Shown: in pieces, positions 62,135-64,000 of the stretch | How the letters are laid out: the number at the start of each line of letters is the position of its first letter | Numbering within the stretch: the first letter of the stretch is position 1 | Assembly (NCBI GenBank): GCA_958009085.1 | Contig: OY253686.1 | Span: forward strand, 310,001-374,000 | Reading direction: 5' to 3' | Origin: Protoeuglena noctilucae | Taxonomy: Eukaryota | Length of the DNA stretch: 64,000 nucleotides | Made by a program: the position numbers and the translations under genes | Notes under the pieces: model-generated | Told to the model about the DNA's origin: nothing | Seen by the model: only the letters and a program-made list of their open reading frames with translations | Database searches by the model: none

Positions 62135-63099
62135 ATGCAAGTTGGGCCTGAGGAGCGCCCAGAGGAGAGCAGCGAGCCCGGAAAGAGCAGACCTCGCTTC
62201 AATTTTGGGGCCTTGACGGCGGTCTTGTCAGAACCGATCAACGTGAGCCGCCCACGCTGCGTCTGTGCGCAGGGGGGCTTCGCGCAGGGCAAGAGCGTTG
62301 ACCGCGGCATCGTTGCACTCTCCGATCCGTCCAAGCGCTCTTTCTCCGCAGATGGTGCTCGAAATCCCCGATGAGATCGTTCCGGGCCTGTACTTGGGGT
62401 CTATGGTGAGCCGCGAGCTGCACAAAGCGCTCGAGTGCCCAACTGCCCCCCGTGCGAACAAACCCGCTGACCTTTGCGCCTCCAGATGGCCGAGATGAAT
62501 TACCGCGGTCTCCAGGCCGTCAAGATTACGCACGTCCTGTGCGTAGCGAGTGGCCTGCGGGCGAGCCACCTGGGTCGCCTCGCGTACAAGCAGGTGCCAA
62601 TGGCGGACTCGGAGGCCCAGAATCTCTTGACCCACCTGGACAGCTGCTTCGACTTCATCGACGGCACGATCGCTCAGGGCGGCCGCGTTTTCGTGCACTG
62701 TGCGGCGGGCGTGAGCCGGTCGGCCGCGGTCGTGATTGCCTATCTGATGTGGAAGGAGCACATGCCCCTGAAAGAGGCCCTCAAGTTCGTGCGAAGCCGC
62801 CGAGGCATTGTCAGCCCCAATCCCGGTGAGTGCACGAGCAGGGGAGCTCTGGCACGGCTGGGGTGCTGCTGACGTGTGGGCGGGCCAGCTGGGCGGCCGC
62901 ATGGCTTGCGGGGTTGCGATGGCCGTCATCGACTCGCCTTTGCCACCCAGGCTTCCTGTGCCAACTCCGCATCTTCGAGGAGAACGGTTTCGACACGACC
63001 AAGGAGAAGGTGCAGTGGAACTTCAGTAACTTTACTGAGATGGCGAGGACGGGCGAGATGGCGCGACTGCACCGGGAGCTCATGTCGCAGATGCCGTGA
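62135..63099 (+). CDS. Dual-specificity protein phosphatase (atypical DUSP)
   Basis: PDEIVPGLYLGS, ITHVL, MADSEAQNL, active-site VHCAAGVSRS, AYLM, SPNPGFLCQL; 3 introns. Confidence 0.93.
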
Positions 63100-63413
63100 C
63101 GGTAGCGTGTCGAGGTCCTGCACCACGCATGTACTGCGTGACAGTAGCTTCCGAGGAGTTGCACGACACGCTTGTAGTATCCATTCGTTCCCTGCAGTAC
63201 CCCTAGCAGGCAGACGCCCCGTGCCCCTTTCCCAGGATGCCCACATCGATACCATGAGAGGCTGAGAGATGTGCGCTAGAAGCGTCGAGTTAGTCTAGGC
63301 CCAGGGCAAGGGTTGGCCCCGCGCTGCCACTCCCTTTCAAGCGAGGTCCTTTCTCAAGCGACCGCGAGAGAGGCTGCAGCCAGCTGCTATGACGAGAAAG
63401 CCGCGCTACCGAT

Positions 63414-63803
63414 TCAACTGAAGAAGTACGTGCTGCGGCGGATCTCATTGAGGTCAAGGCGGTTCCCGGGGTCCGCCATCGGGGGCGCGTCGATTTGGAC
63501 GTCGTGGACCGACGCCTGCAGCTGGCGCCGGAAACTCTCGAGGAGCGGGAGGGAGTGGAGCTGTACGAACTTCTCGCGGAGGATGAGGGCGAGCTCGGGG
63601 ACGTCGCAGGCGTGCGTCCAGAAGGAGTCGTGGACGCCGGCAAACACGATGCCCCGCCTGAAACTCTCCATGGCCGTCAGCATCATGTGCGACGAGTCGA
63701 GCGAGTGCACGTAATTGGGACTCACGGCGGAGCGCTGCTTGGAGTTCTGGATGCCGGCGCGACCGGTCATGGGGTCCCTTGCCTCCACCCGCAACGTCAT
63801 TGC
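63414..63803 (-). CDS. RpoT: Phage-type (T7-like) organellar RNA polymerase, last exon; gene extends beyond window end
   Basis: KQRSAVSPNYVHSLDSSHMMLTA, motif C FAGVHDSFWTH, LREKFVQLH, terminal STYFFS-stop; acceptor TTGCAG ending at 63804. Confidence 0.93.
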   Translation of the reverse strand, partial: AMTLRVEARDPMTGRAGIQNSKQRSAVSPNYVHSLDSSHMMLTAMESFRRGIVFAGVHDSFWTHACDVPELALILREKFVQLHSLPLLESFRRQLQASVHDVQIDAPPMADPGNRLDLNEIRRSTYFFS

Positions 63804-64000
63804 CTGCAAGCCCACTCCGGAGACTGCGAGCGAGAAGCGACACGCACCGTTGCACCGTTGCGCGACCTTTGGCATTCGCGCTTCCAAAGGCGAGGTCGTG
63901 CGGAAAAGCAGGGGCTTGACAGGTCCACCGCAGCATCAAGGCAGCGGCAACGGCCAGGTGGGGTGTCGCGAGCGTGAATGCGCAAGTGGTGTCACATACA

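Noticed and set aside
2400..63000. Introner-type family of near-identical introns explaining the GC donors
   Set aside because: By eye the introns share only splice signals, with no common internal sequence or length; an all-vs-all alignment would be needed to exclude weak similarity.
63414..63803. T7-like RNA polymerase as evidence of a phage or viral insertion
   Set aside because: Intron-containing and ends in YFFS like nuclear-encoded organellar RpoT; neighbouring genes are host genes.

Overview
GC-rich, intron-dense eukaryotic nuclear DNA, most consistent with a green alga (Chlorophyta-like: plastid-targeted starch synthase III, IGPS and UPM1, a TmcB-like PAS protein, a phage-type organellar RNA polymerase). 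By hand-splicing I reconstruct about 20 tightly packed protein-coding genes with about 125 short introns (mostly 80-280 nt, GTGAG/GTGCG...CAG): CWF19L2 (partial), a coiled-coil protein, an 11-kb multi-PAS TmcB-like membrane protein, Rab GDI, PIMT, Y14/RBM8A, QCR8, starch synthase III, a membrane-anchored S8 subtilase, an aldose-1-epimerase-fold protein, UPM1, mS33, an Sfi1-repeat protein, V-ATPase c'', IGPS, a dual-specificity phosphatase, RpoT (3' end) and three hypothetical genes. No CRISPR, rRNA, tRNA or recognisable transposase was found. The main anomalies are: (1) a single in-frame TAG at a probable Trp position inside the otherwise intact subtilase, which also forms an in-frame 3' splice site and separates a secreted from a membrane-anchored form; (2) about 9% GC-AG introns with an AG|GCGAG consensus; (3) an epimerase-fold plastid protein lacking all catalytic residues; (4) small tandem duplications that copy splice sites. 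All family calls come from motif recognition, not database searches. Gene coordinates are spans including introns.
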